DNA from: Nitrosopumilaceae archaeon
GTDB lineage: Archaea > Thermoproteota > Nitrososphaeria > Nitrososphaerales > Nitrosopumilaceae
Length of the DNA: 64,000 bases
Direction of reading: 5' to 3'
NCBI GenBank assembly: GCA_965208905.1
Contig: OZ242365.1
Location: 2,048,001-2,112,000, forward strand
Shown: positions 1 to 9,399 of the stretch, piece after piece
Position numbering within the stretch: position 1 is the first letter of the stretch
How the letters are laid out: every line of letters starts with the position of its first letter
Notes under the pieces: generated by a model
The model's database searches: none
What the model was told of the DNA's origin: nothing
Seen by the model: the letters and a program-made list of their open reading frames with translations, nothing else
Translations under genes and position numbers: made by a program

Positions 1-1293
1 AACCTTGGATGGATCAAAGGCAGGGCAGGTCATTGTGGTACTGGACAGAAATTTGTCCATCATGTGTATGACAGGAAGCTGATACACATCCGAGTAATTA
101 AAGCAGGAACACGTATCATAGAACGACTCTTCAATATCGCCAGACGCATACACTATTCGTGGAAACTCACCATGACCAGCAAAGACAGCAAAGAGTAGAT
201 CATCTTGACCATGCCGGGTAGGCAGGCCTGTGGACGGGCCGCTCCTCTGGTATAATGTCAGTACAACAGGAACCTCGTTTATTCCCGCCCAGCCCAAGGC
301 CTCGGCCATAAGCGAAAAGCCGGGTCCGGATGTGGATGTGGATGACCGAACGCCAGTAAGAGCTGCGCCGATCATCATCCCGATGGCAGATATCTCGTCT
401 TCGGTTTGAACTACAACTACCGCATCAGATTGGCCCGTATCGTTCGGCAGTGTGCCATTGGCTTCAAGGTAGACGCTCTCATCAGAAGCAGGTGTGATGG
501 GATAGTACGATTGGAATCTGCATCCTGCTGCCAGCTTTCCCAGTGACGTTCCCAGGTGTCCCTGTACCAGCATCAGATTGGGCGTCTTCTCTATTGCATG
601 TAGTGTGAAGGGGGTCGAGGTCATCGTATTAGATGCCACATTATACGAGTGTGTTGCCGCATCTGCGTTCAGATCAGCGATAACCCTCTTTTTGGCAAAG
701 ACGCCTCTTACTGTATCGATTAAAAGTTCTTTGGGAAGTTGTATCAGTCCTGCTGCCAGCGAGACGCCCATAACGTTATACATGCGTTTCATGACTCGTA
801 GTTTTGGATTGTTGTGACTCTCTGCCATATCTGCAAGCAGTTCTTTGAATGATACCGGGTAGGCGACTACATCGTTGTCTGCGACTTTACGCAGTACGTC
901 TTCAACTGTGGGGTGGTCATTGTCCAAGTCGGCGCACATTCGCTTAAAGTAGTACTTGTCCAGCGTACTTACATCTTCAGCCTTTATGTGATTTAGATCC
1001 GAATCATAGATTATAGCTCCACCTTTTGTTATTGTAGAGTAGTGTCGAAATATTGTCTCAGCATCATAAGAGACCATCAGCGACACACCACTGGAGCTGG
1101 ATCGTATCATCTTGTCCGATAGTCTTACGGCAAAGTAGCTATGCTCGCCTTTGATATTTGAGTGAAACTCCCGTTTTCCAAATACAAAGTATCCCGCCTT
1201 TGCGCATATCTGAGAGAATATTACGGCGGCGGACTCTACCCCACTTCCTTGTGGACCGCCTATCAACCATGTAAAGTCAGTCACACTATCCAC
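1..1293 (-). CDS. korA: 2-oxoacid:ferredoxin oxidoreductase alpha subunit, 3' part runs off the window
   Basis: Manual translation: MDSVTDFTWLIGGPQGSGVESAA...GKREFHSNIKGEHSY...YYPITPASDES...VQTEDEISA...STSTSGPGFSLMAE. Absent from the ORF track because it is truncated; start is GTG 1293 or 1284. Confidence 0.92.
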   Translation of the reverse strand, partial: MDSVTDFTWLIGGPQGSGVESAAVIFSQICAKAGYFVFGKREFHSNIKGEHSYFAVRLSDKMIRSSSSGVSLMVSYDAETIFRHYSTITKGGAIIYDSDLNHIKAEDVSTLDKYYFKRMCADLDNDHPTVEDVLRKVADNDVVAYPVSFKELLADMAESHNNPKLRVMKRMYNVMGVSLAAGLIQLPKELLIDTVRGVFAKKRVIADLNADAATHSYNVASNTMTSTPFTLHAIEKTPNLMLVQGHLGTSLGKLAAGCRFQSYYPITPASDESVYLEANGTLPNDTGQSDAVVVVQTEDEISAIGMMIGAALTGVRSSTSTSGPGFSLMAEALGWAGINEVPVVLTLYQRSGPSTGLPTRHGQDDLLFAVFAGHGEFPRIVYASGDIEESFYDTCSCFNYSDVYQLPVIHMMDKFLSSTTMTCPAFDPSKV

Positions 1294-1423
1294 CACCGGT
1301 TGCAGAATCAAACAGTGCACATTCACACTTGTCACGCTCTCCACAGTATGGACAGACGCATTCACACTTCTCTATTGAAAGCCCACAATTGATACAAATT
1401 GCAAATGCATCATCATCATCCAT
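1286..1423 (-). CDS. 45-aa cysteine-rich microprotein (8 Cys), putative metal-binding
   Basis: MDDDDAFAICINCGLSIEKCECVCPYCGERDKCECALFDSATGGG*; stop abuts/overlaps the korA start; TTTATA box about 21 nt upstream on the minus strand. Confidence 0.75.
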   Translation of the reverse strand: MDDDDAFAICINCGLSIEKCECVCPYCGERDKCECALFDSATGGG

Positions 1424-1468
1424 ATATCATTATGGGCATTACCGTATAAATACGATACATAATTGGGT

Positions 1469-3107
1469 GGGAATTATATACAAAAGTACAGCAGTCTTAA
1501 CCGCCTACTTTTCGTTGGCTTTCACCATTCAGGGTGCGTGTGTTTGGCATGCGCTTTGGAAGCGCGGTCTTGACTACCTGCCAGTCTCCTACAACCGGTG
1601 GTGGCGTGCGGTTGCGTAGGCTTATTCGGTCCCTCAAGTCCGTCCCGGACTTGATGCATAAACGACTTGCCTTTTGGGCGCGTCTTGAGTTTGGTTTTAT
1701 GTAATCATAATTGTTGTTATAGTTGTTGTCTGGACTGTACATGATGTTGAATGCGCCGTTATAGTCGGCATGACATACAGTGCCGCAGTTCCGACACTTG
1801 AACTTTCTATCATGGTTCCACCTCTCATGTACAATTTCATTATTGTGCCAAATCTTGAATCCACCGTAGCGTTCGGTGTCCTTACTACAACATGCGCCAC
1901 ACCGTTTGGACGTATTGTAGGGTTTAACCTCTCTGATTTCCGTATTATGCTCAGGGGCTTTCTTTGTACACCAATCACGGACTTCACCGGCCTTACTCTC
2001 TTTTAGTGTGCGGTTCTTGCCTTTGGCGCAGTTGCCCCCCTTGCGGGTAAGATTCACCAAGTTGAGGTTCTCAAATTTTACCAAATCGCAGTCCACGCAC
2101 AGTTCCTTGCAAAAGTGTCTGTACTTATTCAACTGCCAGTTGTATAGCGTTTTGCGCTGCCGTTTCATGCTGTCATTTATCTTATTCCATCTGTTGCTGT
2201 TATGTGTACATCTGTCACGTTCGGACTGGAGTTTTCTAATGTGCTTGCCTATTTCATCATTGTACAATTTAAGAAGGCGTGTAGTACCGTCCGACAGTGC
2301 CACATATGCTGTCAACTTGCCTATGTCAACACCCGCCGTCAACCCTGTTATCTTCCTGTCCGGGATGTACTTTTGTATTGTAAGGTGTAACTCAAACTGG
2401 CGGTGACCGCGCCGTCTATCCGCATCACTCGTTATGTCAACAATCTTGTGTGACACTACGGTTTTGATGTTGGGTAGCCGCCCCTTCGTGATGCTGAACT
2501 GTGTGTCTGACTTGGGAAATGTGACCGTGTTGTGTTTGATTCGCTTTGGTGCACCAAGGAAGAATATCGGATATGTTTTACCGTCTTTGAGATGCGTACA
2601 GTCCTTCATTTCAATACCTGCCAGGATTGCACCGCGAATTAAGTGTAGTGGTGCGCATTCCTTGGGGTCGGTATTATCCCATTCTGCCATCATGCTTTTG
2701 GCAACCGTAACGCATGTCAATGCGCTTCGGGGATACGGACTAGGACTACTGCTGGCAGTGAACTGCACGTTCAAGTTACGACACATAACACCTAGTTCAA
2801 CCCACATACGGCTTTCGGCCTCCAGACTTTCAACATATGAGGTGATTATACTATTTGTCTTTAGGCGGTATTTGCGGGTTCTATAGATTATACTCTTCTT
2901 GGTCTGCATATCACATATTATGATATTTCAGATATAAAGTTACATACCTCATATTTACTATATGATATGTATAGTACAGTCCCGACCACATGCCAGTCTG
3001 TCAAATTACGGCGCTGTTATACGGCATGCCAAACACACGCACCCTGAATGGCGAAAACCAACGAAAAATAGGCGGTTAAGCCTACTGTACTTTTGTAAGT
3101 AATTCCC
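1469..3107 (-). mobile_element. TIR-bounded non-autonomous element 1 carrying tnpB (84-bp imperfect TIRs)
   Basis: 1469-1552 and the reverse complement of 3024-3107 match at 77/84 nt, both starting GGGAATTA; no TSD seen. Confidence 0.85.
1497..2909 (-). CDS. tnpB: TnpB-family RNA-guided endonuclease, 470 aa
   Basis: RuvC-I GVDIG, RuvC-II FENL, zinc finger CGAC...CRNC, RuvC-III HADYNGA; about 80-aa C-terminal tail. Confidence 0.9.
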   Translation of the reverse strand: MQTKKSIIYRTRKYRLKTNSIITSYVESLEAESRMWVELGVMCRNLNVQFTASSSPSPYPRSALTCVTVAKSMMAEWDNTDPKECAPLHLIRGAILAGIEMKDCTHLKDGKTYPIFFLGAPKRIKHNTVTFPKSDTQFSITKGRLPNIKTVVSHKIVDITSDADRRRGHRQFELHLTIQKYIPDRKITGLTAGVDIGKLTAYVALSDGTTRLLKLYNDEIGKHIRKLQSERDRCTHNSNRWNKINDSMKRQRKTLYNWQLNKYRHFCKELCVDCDLVKFENLNLVNLTRKGGNCAKGKNRTLKESKAGEVRDWCTKKAPEHNTEIREVKPYNTSKRCGACCSKDTERYGGFKIWHNNEIVHERWNHDRKFKCRNCGTVCHADYNGAFNIMYSPDNNYNNNYDYIKPNSRRAQKASRLCIKSGTDLRDRISLRNRTPPPVVGDWQVVKTALPKRMPNTRTLNGESQRKVGG

Positions 3108-3155
3108 TAATTTCCCTATGAGAGATTTATTACACATTGTTTGTTTGTAAGTTAC

Positions 3156-3554
3156 ATGATATTCAAAAAAAAGGAGATAAAACGACATGTTACCATAAAA
3201 AGAAAGGCCATGGACGGCATCATATCATACTGCAAAATCAATCATCCTAACGAGGCCATACTGATACTCAAGGGCAAATCTAAAAGGGGAGCGATACTAG
3301 TTGAAGATCTGGTCATTCCTCCGTTCAGTCATTCAGGCCCAACATTTGCTGGATTTCCCCACTCTTTCCTGCCTTTTGATTTGAGTTACGTGGGAACCGT
3401 TCATTCACACCCGGGAGGTTCTGCAGAACCGTCTGTCACTGATTTGAATAATTTTTTTGGTCTTGTATCGGTGATAATAAAATGGCCATACAACGACGAA
3501 GATATATTTGCATGGGATAGTAAAGGCGGTTCAATAGAGTTAACCATCGAGTAA
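3156..3554 (+). CDS. JAB/MPN (JAMM) metalloprotease
   Basis: HPNE...VHSHPGGSAEPSVTD JAMM motif; ATG 3156 preferred over TTG 3141. Confidence 0.88.
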   Translation: MIFKKKEIKRHVTIKRKAMDGIISYCKINHPNEAILILKGKSKRGAILVEDLVIPPFSHSGPTFAGFPHSFLPFDLSYVGTVHSHPGGSAEPSVTDLNNFFGLVSVIIKWPYNDEDIFAWDSKGGSIELTIE

Positions 3555-4018
3555 TGTAATGCGTGCGCATCAACGCCAGCTGTTTAGCTGGCGGCGTGTA
3601 CAGGACCCGATCAGAGGCCGCCCTGGAGCAAATGGGCGGTGGATGTAATGCTGTACTGCTAGTCAAAATAGGGATGGCCAAACACAAAAAGCACCAGATG
3701 GAGAGGGCCGGGTACAACAGCAGGTGAATTGTAGAAATAGTGATATCTTTGCTTCAGAGGCTGCTGAGCGAGGCGCTCCGGGCGGTAAAGCCTGAGTGTA
3801 TAATAATGGAAATTGCTACAAAAATAGCCATGTATAATAAAACCCGGGACGTTATGCGCAAGGCCAGAGGGTGAGGCGTATGTGATACCGCCCCGGGATT
3901 CATATGGCGGCCGGACTGTCCAGATTACGTTAGGTCACAAATTATGAAACGCTGTCTGTGCCAATCCCAGATGTAGTTGGAGTGGACCCCGTTCTTTAGA
4001 ACCGATTTTCGCAACATT

Positions 4019-4876
4019 TTATTCACACTTTTTACCTCCTGCATATATGCTATCCCTTGAGTTCTGCCAATATTGTTCGGCGAACTCAGAAGGTGCCAAG
4101 TACTGTATAGAAGAGTGAATTCTGTTATGATTGTAATCTTCAAATGCAGCGAGTATTGTCTCTTTGGCTTCCTGAATGTTCGCAAACTCACGGGGCCAGA
4201 CGTACTCCTTTTTGAGTGTCTTGTGGAAGGATTCGATATGTCCGTTTTGTTCGGGAGTGTTGATGTAGATGTATTCAAGAGTAATTCCCAACGCTGCCAT
4301 TGATGATCTAAATTCCCGACTAGTGTATTGAGTTCCATTATCGACTCTCAAAGTCAATCCCGGTAATGTTGGATTGGAGTCGGCTACGGCATTATTTACG
4401 GCCATGATAGCCTCGTGTCGTGTGGCACGACTCTCCAATACAAATGCCAACCATTGCCTGGTAAAGACGTCGATTACATTAAAACAGTAACCCCATCCGT
4501 CTCTACCGCACCAGATGTATGACATGTCCGATTCCCAGAACTGATTTGGAGCCTTTGGTTTTGGAATCTTTTTATTGGTACGTATTATCTCACGCTTGGT
4601 ACGTGATGGTTTACTCCATCCCAGTGCTTTGAATATACGTTTTATTGCCTTGCGGTTGATGGGACGATTCAACTCTCGTGAGGCTTGGGCAGCCATACGT
4701 CTTGTCCCATATGTCGGTCTTTTAGGTGCAATCTTTTGTACAATCTCTAGTACTTCGGGGTCCGATGACACGTTTCTGGGTGTAGGAGCATAATACCATG
4801 CAGTTTTGGAGACTCCGCAAAGAGCGAGTGACCTATTGAGGCCCAACACGTCATGTATGATACGTGCGGCGTTCAT
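4019..4876 (-). CDS. IS3 OrfB (DDE integrase core)
   Basis: YGTRRM, WESDMSY, RVDNGTQY, NGHIESFHKTLKKE; slippery TTTAAAAAAAG near 4897-4907 for -1 frameshifting. Confidence 0.92.
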   Translation of the reverse strand: MNAARIIHDVLGLNRSLALCGVSKTAWYYAPTPRNVSSDPEVLEIVQKIAPKRPTYGTRRMAAQASRELNRPINRKAIKRIFKALGWSKPSRTKREIIRTNKKIPKPKAPNQFWESDMSYIWCGRDGWGYCFNVIDVFTRQWLAFVLESRATRHEAIMAVNNAVADSNPTLPGLTLRVDNGTQYTSREFRSSMAALGITLEYIYINTPEQNGHIESFHKTLKKEYVWPREFANIQEAKETILAAFEDYNHNRIHSSIQYLAPSEFAEQYWQNSRDSIYAGGKKCE

Positions 4877-5187
4877 TCTACCTCGCCCTCCAGCGCTTTT
4901 TTTAAAGCATCATTAGCCACGGCATACTCTCCGATGATTCTCTTAAGTGATGTAATCTCCTTTTTGTGCTTCTTGGCCTGTTTGGAAGCGTTAGAACCCT
5001 CAAACGAGCTGCGTCCGCCATCTGGAAACTTTTCTTTCCAATCGTATACGGTTCGTGGGGCCAAGTTGTGTTCGCGGCATATCTCGGCCATACTGGTCCT
5101 GGGATTGAATGTCTGGAGTACTATGTGGATCTTTTCATCTGTACTCAACTTTGATTTTTTATTTGTCATATGGTGTGTGCCCCCCAA
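4873..5187 (-). CDS. IS3 OrfA (HTH)
   Basis: KIHIVL...AEICREHNLAPRTVYDWK HTH followed by a coiled coil. Confidence 0.9.
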   Translation of the reverse strand: MGGTHHMTNKKSKLSTDEKIHIVLQTFNPRTSMAEICREHNLAPRTVYDWKEKFPDGGRSSFEGSNASKQAKKHKKEITSLKRIIGEYAVANDALKKALEGEVE

Positions 5188-5330
5188 TTGCTAAAGTGTG
5201 CATCGACGATCGGTCTTATTCTAGCGGGGTCCGCGCCAGTAGTCGTGCATCAGTAGAGTTACATGCATTTATCGTTTTTACCGTATGGTGCAGCGATACC
5301 TTATAACGGGGGATGTTTTTGGTTTAAAAC

Positions 5331-6671
5331 ATGAGACAAGTTATGAGCATACGTCAAACTTTAGATGATCAAGTCGATGATTTGAAAGGTAGTCTCTGGC
5401 GTGATTTTGTGCATACGCGCTCCCGAACACTACGACTAGTTGCGAATCTAGAGATGGATGACTTTGTGGTTCAGACAGCCACATATATGAGTCCACCAAA
5501 GTGGCACATTGGGCATGTCTCTTGGCTGTATGAGGTCATAATGAGTAGAGTGGACAAAGAGTACCAGTTTTACTCAAAAGAGTTCTCGGAATACTTGAAC
5601 TCATACTACAATCAATTCGGGGAGCCACACCAAAAAGGAAGGCGAGGAACTGTATCAAGACCCACATTAAATCAAATATTAGACTACTATATGGAGATAA
5701 ATAGTAGGGTTCAGACATTCTTGTCTGAATACGATACAGGTGATAAAGACGTAAAAAGCCTCTTTGAAATGGGCCTAAATCATGAATGTCAACACCAAGA
5801 GTTATTGGTGTATGATCTGCAACATCTGCTGGCAGATGTATATGTACCATTAAAGAAGGTAAGTCCTCCCAGAAGGGCGACTGCAACCCCCTCCATGATA
5901 CCTGTAAGGGGCGGCATGTATAGTCTGGGATATGGCGGTGATCAGTTTTGTTACGATATCGAGTTGCCTGAGCACATTACATATATGGATAATTATTCAT
6001 TGGGAAAATTTCCAGTGACCAATGCAGAGTACATGCAGTTTATGAAAGATGGCGGGTACTCGAAGTTTGAGAATTGGTTGTCAGATGGGTGGAAGGTGGT
6101 TCAAGAGAATGGATGGACCTCGCCAATGTATTGGGAAGAGATAGATGACCAATGGTGTATAGTAGACTTTAGGGGGCGGAGACCCATAAACCCCGCCGAA
6201 CCTGTAGTACACGTGAGTTTTTACGAGGCAGATGCATATGCTAGATGGGCCGGAAAGCGCTTGCCTACAGAAGCAGAATGGGAGAAGGCTGCCTGTTACG
6301 ATCCCACAAGTGATACTAAGAGCATATACCCTTGGGGAGATGAGCCTCCAGATTATACAAAGTGTAATCTGTTGGAGTCAAACATTTGGGGGTGCACCGA
6401 GATAGGCAGCTACCCAGAGGGGGTCAGTCCATACGGGTGTGAGCAGATGATTGGTGATGTTTGGGAGTGGACCTCTTCGGAATTTGTTGGATATAGGGGG
6501 TTTAAGTCTACCTTTCGCGAGTATAACGATAAGTGGTTCACTGGTCAAAAGGTGCTACGAGGAGGCTCATACGGTACCCCCTCCATGTCTATAAGGGGGA
6601 GTTACAGGAATTTCTTCAGATTAGATGAGAGATGGATGTTTGCTGGATTTCGTCTAGCCTCAGATATTTGA
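5331..6671 (+). CDS. egtB: Ergothioneine biosynthesis sulfoxide synthase (DinB_2 plus FGE-sulfatase domains)
   Basis: SPPKWHIGH, HECQHQEL, RLPTEAEWEKAA, GDVWEWTSS, VLRGGS; convergent with egtD. Confidence 0.9.
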   Translation: MRQVMSIRQTLDDQVDDLKGSLWRDFVHTRSRTLRLVANLEMDDFVVQTATYMSPPKWHIGHVSWLYEVIMSRVDKEYQFYSKEFSEYLNSYYNQFGEPHQKGRRGTVSRPTLNQILDYYMEINSRVQTFLSEYDTGDKDVKSLFEMGLNHECQHQELLVYDLQHLLADVYVPLKKVSPPRRATATPSMIPVRGGMYSLGYGGDQFCYDIELPEHITYMDNYSLGKFPVTNAEYMQFMKDGGYSKFENWLSDGWKVVQENGWTSPMYWEEIDDQWCIVDFRGRRPINPAEPVVHVSFYEADAYARWAGKRLPTEAEWEKAACYDPTSDTKSIYPWGDEPPDYTKCNLLESNIWGCTEIGSYPEGVSPYGCEQMIGDVWEWTSSEFVGYRGFKSTFREYNDKWFTGQKVLRGGSYGTPSMSIRGSYRNFFRLDERWMFAGFRLASDI

Positions 6672-6703
6672 TAATATAGTTACATTGAAGTGATATGCAG
6701 CAT

Positions 6704-7708
6704 TTATGTGGACATTAAAGTTACTGAAAATTTTTTGGTAGCATCATGCCAAATCCGTTTAATCTTTAGATTGACACTGTCTGCCATTGTCTGTATATGT
6801 GGTATGGTATATTTTTGTGAGTTTTCAGTATGGATTAACTCGTCTTTTTTTAAATATAATGTGGTATTGGCCCCGGGTATGTCTACACTCTGATCCTTCT
6901 CGGACTTTAGATACATCTCTATTCTTTTTTCACTTTTATTGTATGGGGCGTAGTGTGAAAATTTTGAAACATTAAAATTAGCATTTAATTCACGATTAAG
7001 TCTATGTAATATATTGAGATTAAACCTGGCAGTTACTCCTTGAGTATCGTTGTATGCCGCCTCAAGCGTTGCGACATCTTTGTCCAGGTCCAGACCAAGT
7101 AATAACAGGTCGCCATCTTTCATGGATACTCGTATGGTTCTCAAAAACGAGATGGATTCAGACGCGGACATGTTTCCCAAACTCGAACCTAAAAATATGA
7201 TCAAATTGGGCGAATTAGTCATATGGCGTACTATGGATAGTCCGTGCTCATATGTATCCACAATGCCTGTTATACGCAACTTTGGATAATCATCTAGTAG
7301 GGATCCGGCACCACTCTCCAAGGCATCGGATATGTCAATTGGCACATACTCTGAACCCGCTCCCGCATCTTGCAGTGAATCTAAGACACATCGTGTCTTT
7401 ACAGATGACCCGCTGCCAAGCTCAACCAGACGAAACTGCTCATGTAAATATCTGGATAACTCGTATCGTATGGCGCGCAGAATTGCGGTCTCGGTACGAG
7501 TTTGATAATATTCGGGTAATGAACATATCTCTTCAAATAACTGTGAACCTACATGATCATAAAAGAACATTGGGGGTATGGAGCGAGGCGCATTGCGCAG
7601 TTTTTTTTGCACCGCCTCAGCTAAACTATCTTGCTTAAGGTTGTTTGCTAACCTTGTGTATCTAAAGCGCTCTGATACAATACACTGTAGGTGGTTCAAT
7701 AACACCAA
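6704..7708 (-). CDS. egtD: L-histidine N-alpha-trimethyltransferase
   Basis: FFYDHVGSQLFEEICSLPEYYQTRTE, ELGSGSSVKT, AAYNDTQGVTARFNLN, IHTENSQKY. Confidence 0.92.
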   Translation of the reverse strand: MVLLNHLQCIVSERFRYTRLANNLKQDSLAEAVQKKLRNAPRSIPPMFFYDHVGSQLFEEICSLPEYYQTRTETAILRAIRYELSRYLHEQFRLVELGSGSSVKTRCVLDSLQDAGAGSEYVPIDISDALESGAGSLLDDYPKLRITGIVDTYEHGLSIVRHMTNSPNLIIFLGSSLGNMSASESISFLRTIRVSMKDGDLLLLGLDLDKDVATLEAAYNDTQGVTARFNLNILHRLNRELNANFNVSKFSHYAPYNKSEKRIEMYLKSEKDQSVDIPGANTTLYLKKDELIHTENSQKYTIPHIQTMADSVNLKIKRIWHDATKKFSVTLMST

Positions 7709-8109
7709 AACAATATGAGCGCAATAAATCTCTTAAGACATAATTTTGAGCATCTAACGCAGAGACTTCTCTGATAGAGTACAAGAATTTGCATAATGGA
7801 CCTCGTCCCAGAAAAATTATTAAAAAATATCTGTCTGGCCAAACTCAATCTGATGACAGTTACAAGTTTGACTATGTATGAGGTATAACTTTCCGCACTA
7901 TAACCCAGATGGTGACATGTGAGGCATTTTACATTTGAGTACCCATATGCAAGAACCAAAAATATTCGCCAAATGTGATTCTAATTTTTAGGCAGATACA
8001 AATATTATCTGCTAATTTTGATTAATTTTTAAAGTATTTTAGAGATTCTTTGATCTTGCCAAAAAAAATCAACTTAAATAATTATAAACAAAAGATTTCG
8101 AGTTATTTT

Positions 8110-9264
8110 TTACTCGTAATAGTCTGGACCTATGAGAAACGTTACCAAAACCGTCGCAGATAAATCCTCATCAGGCGTAAATATTGGAGTGGCAATTGAG
8201 GCAAATGCATCAAAGAGGTTGGCAGATATGCGTTCTAGTGGGGCTCCAGAACTGGGATCGACCGTAACATCTTCAACTCCAATTATAGTATGCTGCAATG
8301 GTTTCAACGCAAGATATGCTTGATGTTTGGCGTTTAATACCGCAGTCTCTATTAAACTTTCTTGAATCCTAATTTTGGTATCATCAGACACTGTAAATTG
8401 AACAGACTCTACATTGTTAACACCTGCCTGCACAGCCGTATCCAATATGGCAGCAGTCATATTAATTTGGTCGGTATTTACCATTATGATGTTACGTACA
8501 TTATATCCGGCAAAGGTTTGCCTGTGTTGGCCATCAACATCATAGTGGGTGTCATACTCTGGATGGATGGTGATACGTGATGTGGCAATGTCATCAATTG
8601 GTATACCCAAAGATACAACAGAGTTTACTGCCATGTCTAGCAATTCGGAATTCTCGGCTAAAGCTGCACTGGCAGTAGGCCTGACAGTCTCAACTCCCAT
8701 GGTTATTACGACCCTTTCAGGTTCTACACTGGCTGTTGCCGTGCCAGCCACTGTTATTGTACCGGGCGTAGCATGACCTCCCATGAACGGCATGTCGAAC
8801 ATCATCATATCATAACCGCTCATGAACGGCATGTCGAACATCATCATGTGATCTTTCATGAATGACATCATACCATAGCAGTCTTTGTGCTCGTAGTCTC
8901 CATGCTCGTAGTCTCCATGCTCGTAGTCTCCATGCTCGTAGTCTCCATGCTCGTAGTCTCCATGCTCGTAGTCTCCATCGTCGGTGCGGTTGTAGTTATC
9001 ATACGAATAGTCGGACATTCTGTTCTTGTCTTTATACCCGTACTCTCCAAAGTTATGGTGATATTCAAAACAGTCCTTGAACATCTTGTGCATATTATCA
9101 AATTCGTAATCTTCTGACTCTTCATAAGAGTCATGTTTTTTTGTTTCAGAGTAGTTGTAAGAGTCAACATATCCGGGAAATGCCATTGCAGAGCCAGTGG
9201 CTGCACCAAGTAATACGGCAAGTCCAGTTGTCAATAGAAACGTGGTCAAAAGCAAATTATTCAT
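8110..9264 (-). CDS. Secreted SIMPL (DUF541) domain protein with His/Met-rich repeat N-terminus
   Basis: Signal peptide MNNLLLTT...; (GDYEH)x6; C-terminal SIMPL pattern ITVAGTATASVEPE...AILDTAVQAGVN...AVLNAKHQA. Confidence 0.82.
   Translation of the reverse strand: MNNLLLTTFLLTTGLAVLLGAATGSAMAFPGYVDSYNYSETKKHDSYEESEDYEFDNMHKMFKDCFEYHHNFGEYGYKDKNRMSDYSYDNYNRTDDGDYEHGDYEHGDYEHGDYEHGDYEHGDYEHKDCYGMMSFMKDHMMMFDMPFMSGYDMMMFDMPFMGGHATPGTITVAGTATASVEPERVVITMGVETVRPTASAALAENSELLDMAVNSVVSLGIPIDDIATSRITIHPEYDTHYDVDGQHRQTFAGYNVRNIIMVNTDQINMTAAILDTAVQAGVNNVESVQFTVSDDTKIRIQESLIETAVLNAKHQAYLALKPLQHTIIGVEDVTVDPSSGAPLERISANLFDAFASIATPIFTPDEDLSATVLVTFLIGPDYYE
8782..8847 (+). repeat. 27-bp direct repeat x2 (39-bp period) encoding MMMFDMPFM
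   Basis: CATGAACGGCATGTCGAACATCATCAT at 8782 and 8821. Confidence 0.9.
8888..8977 (+). repeat. 15-bp tandem repeat x6 (TGCTCGTAGTCTCCA), coding GDYEH
   Basis: Six perfect copies read directly. Confidence 0.97.
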
Positions 9265-9399
9265 TGTATAATTATGTTTCAGGCCGCAATTATATCTTGT
9301 GTGTGTGAACGTTACATGAAAAAATATCATGCCTGTAGATACTCATATGCACTTTTAATACACAGTCTGGCCAAATACTCTAGTTTAATCTGATGGGCG

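Larger units (their letters stand above)
3978..5238 (-). mobile_element. IS3-family element, complete, 5-bp TSD GTAGT
   Basis: TIRs TGGAGTGGACCCCG and TGGCGCGGACCCCG; GTAGT at 3973-3977 and 5239-5243. Confidence 0.92.

Noticed and set aside
3555-3935. Possible ncRNA or gene between the JAMM gene and IS3
   Set aside because: Only short hairpins and a stop-interrupted frame with no recognisable family; probably decayed DNA.
8868-9221. Alternative-frame repeat ORFs (METTS, ARSLH, MLVVS) or a CRISPR call
   Set aside because: Shadows of the 15-bp coding repeat in the SIMPL gene; no unique spacers.
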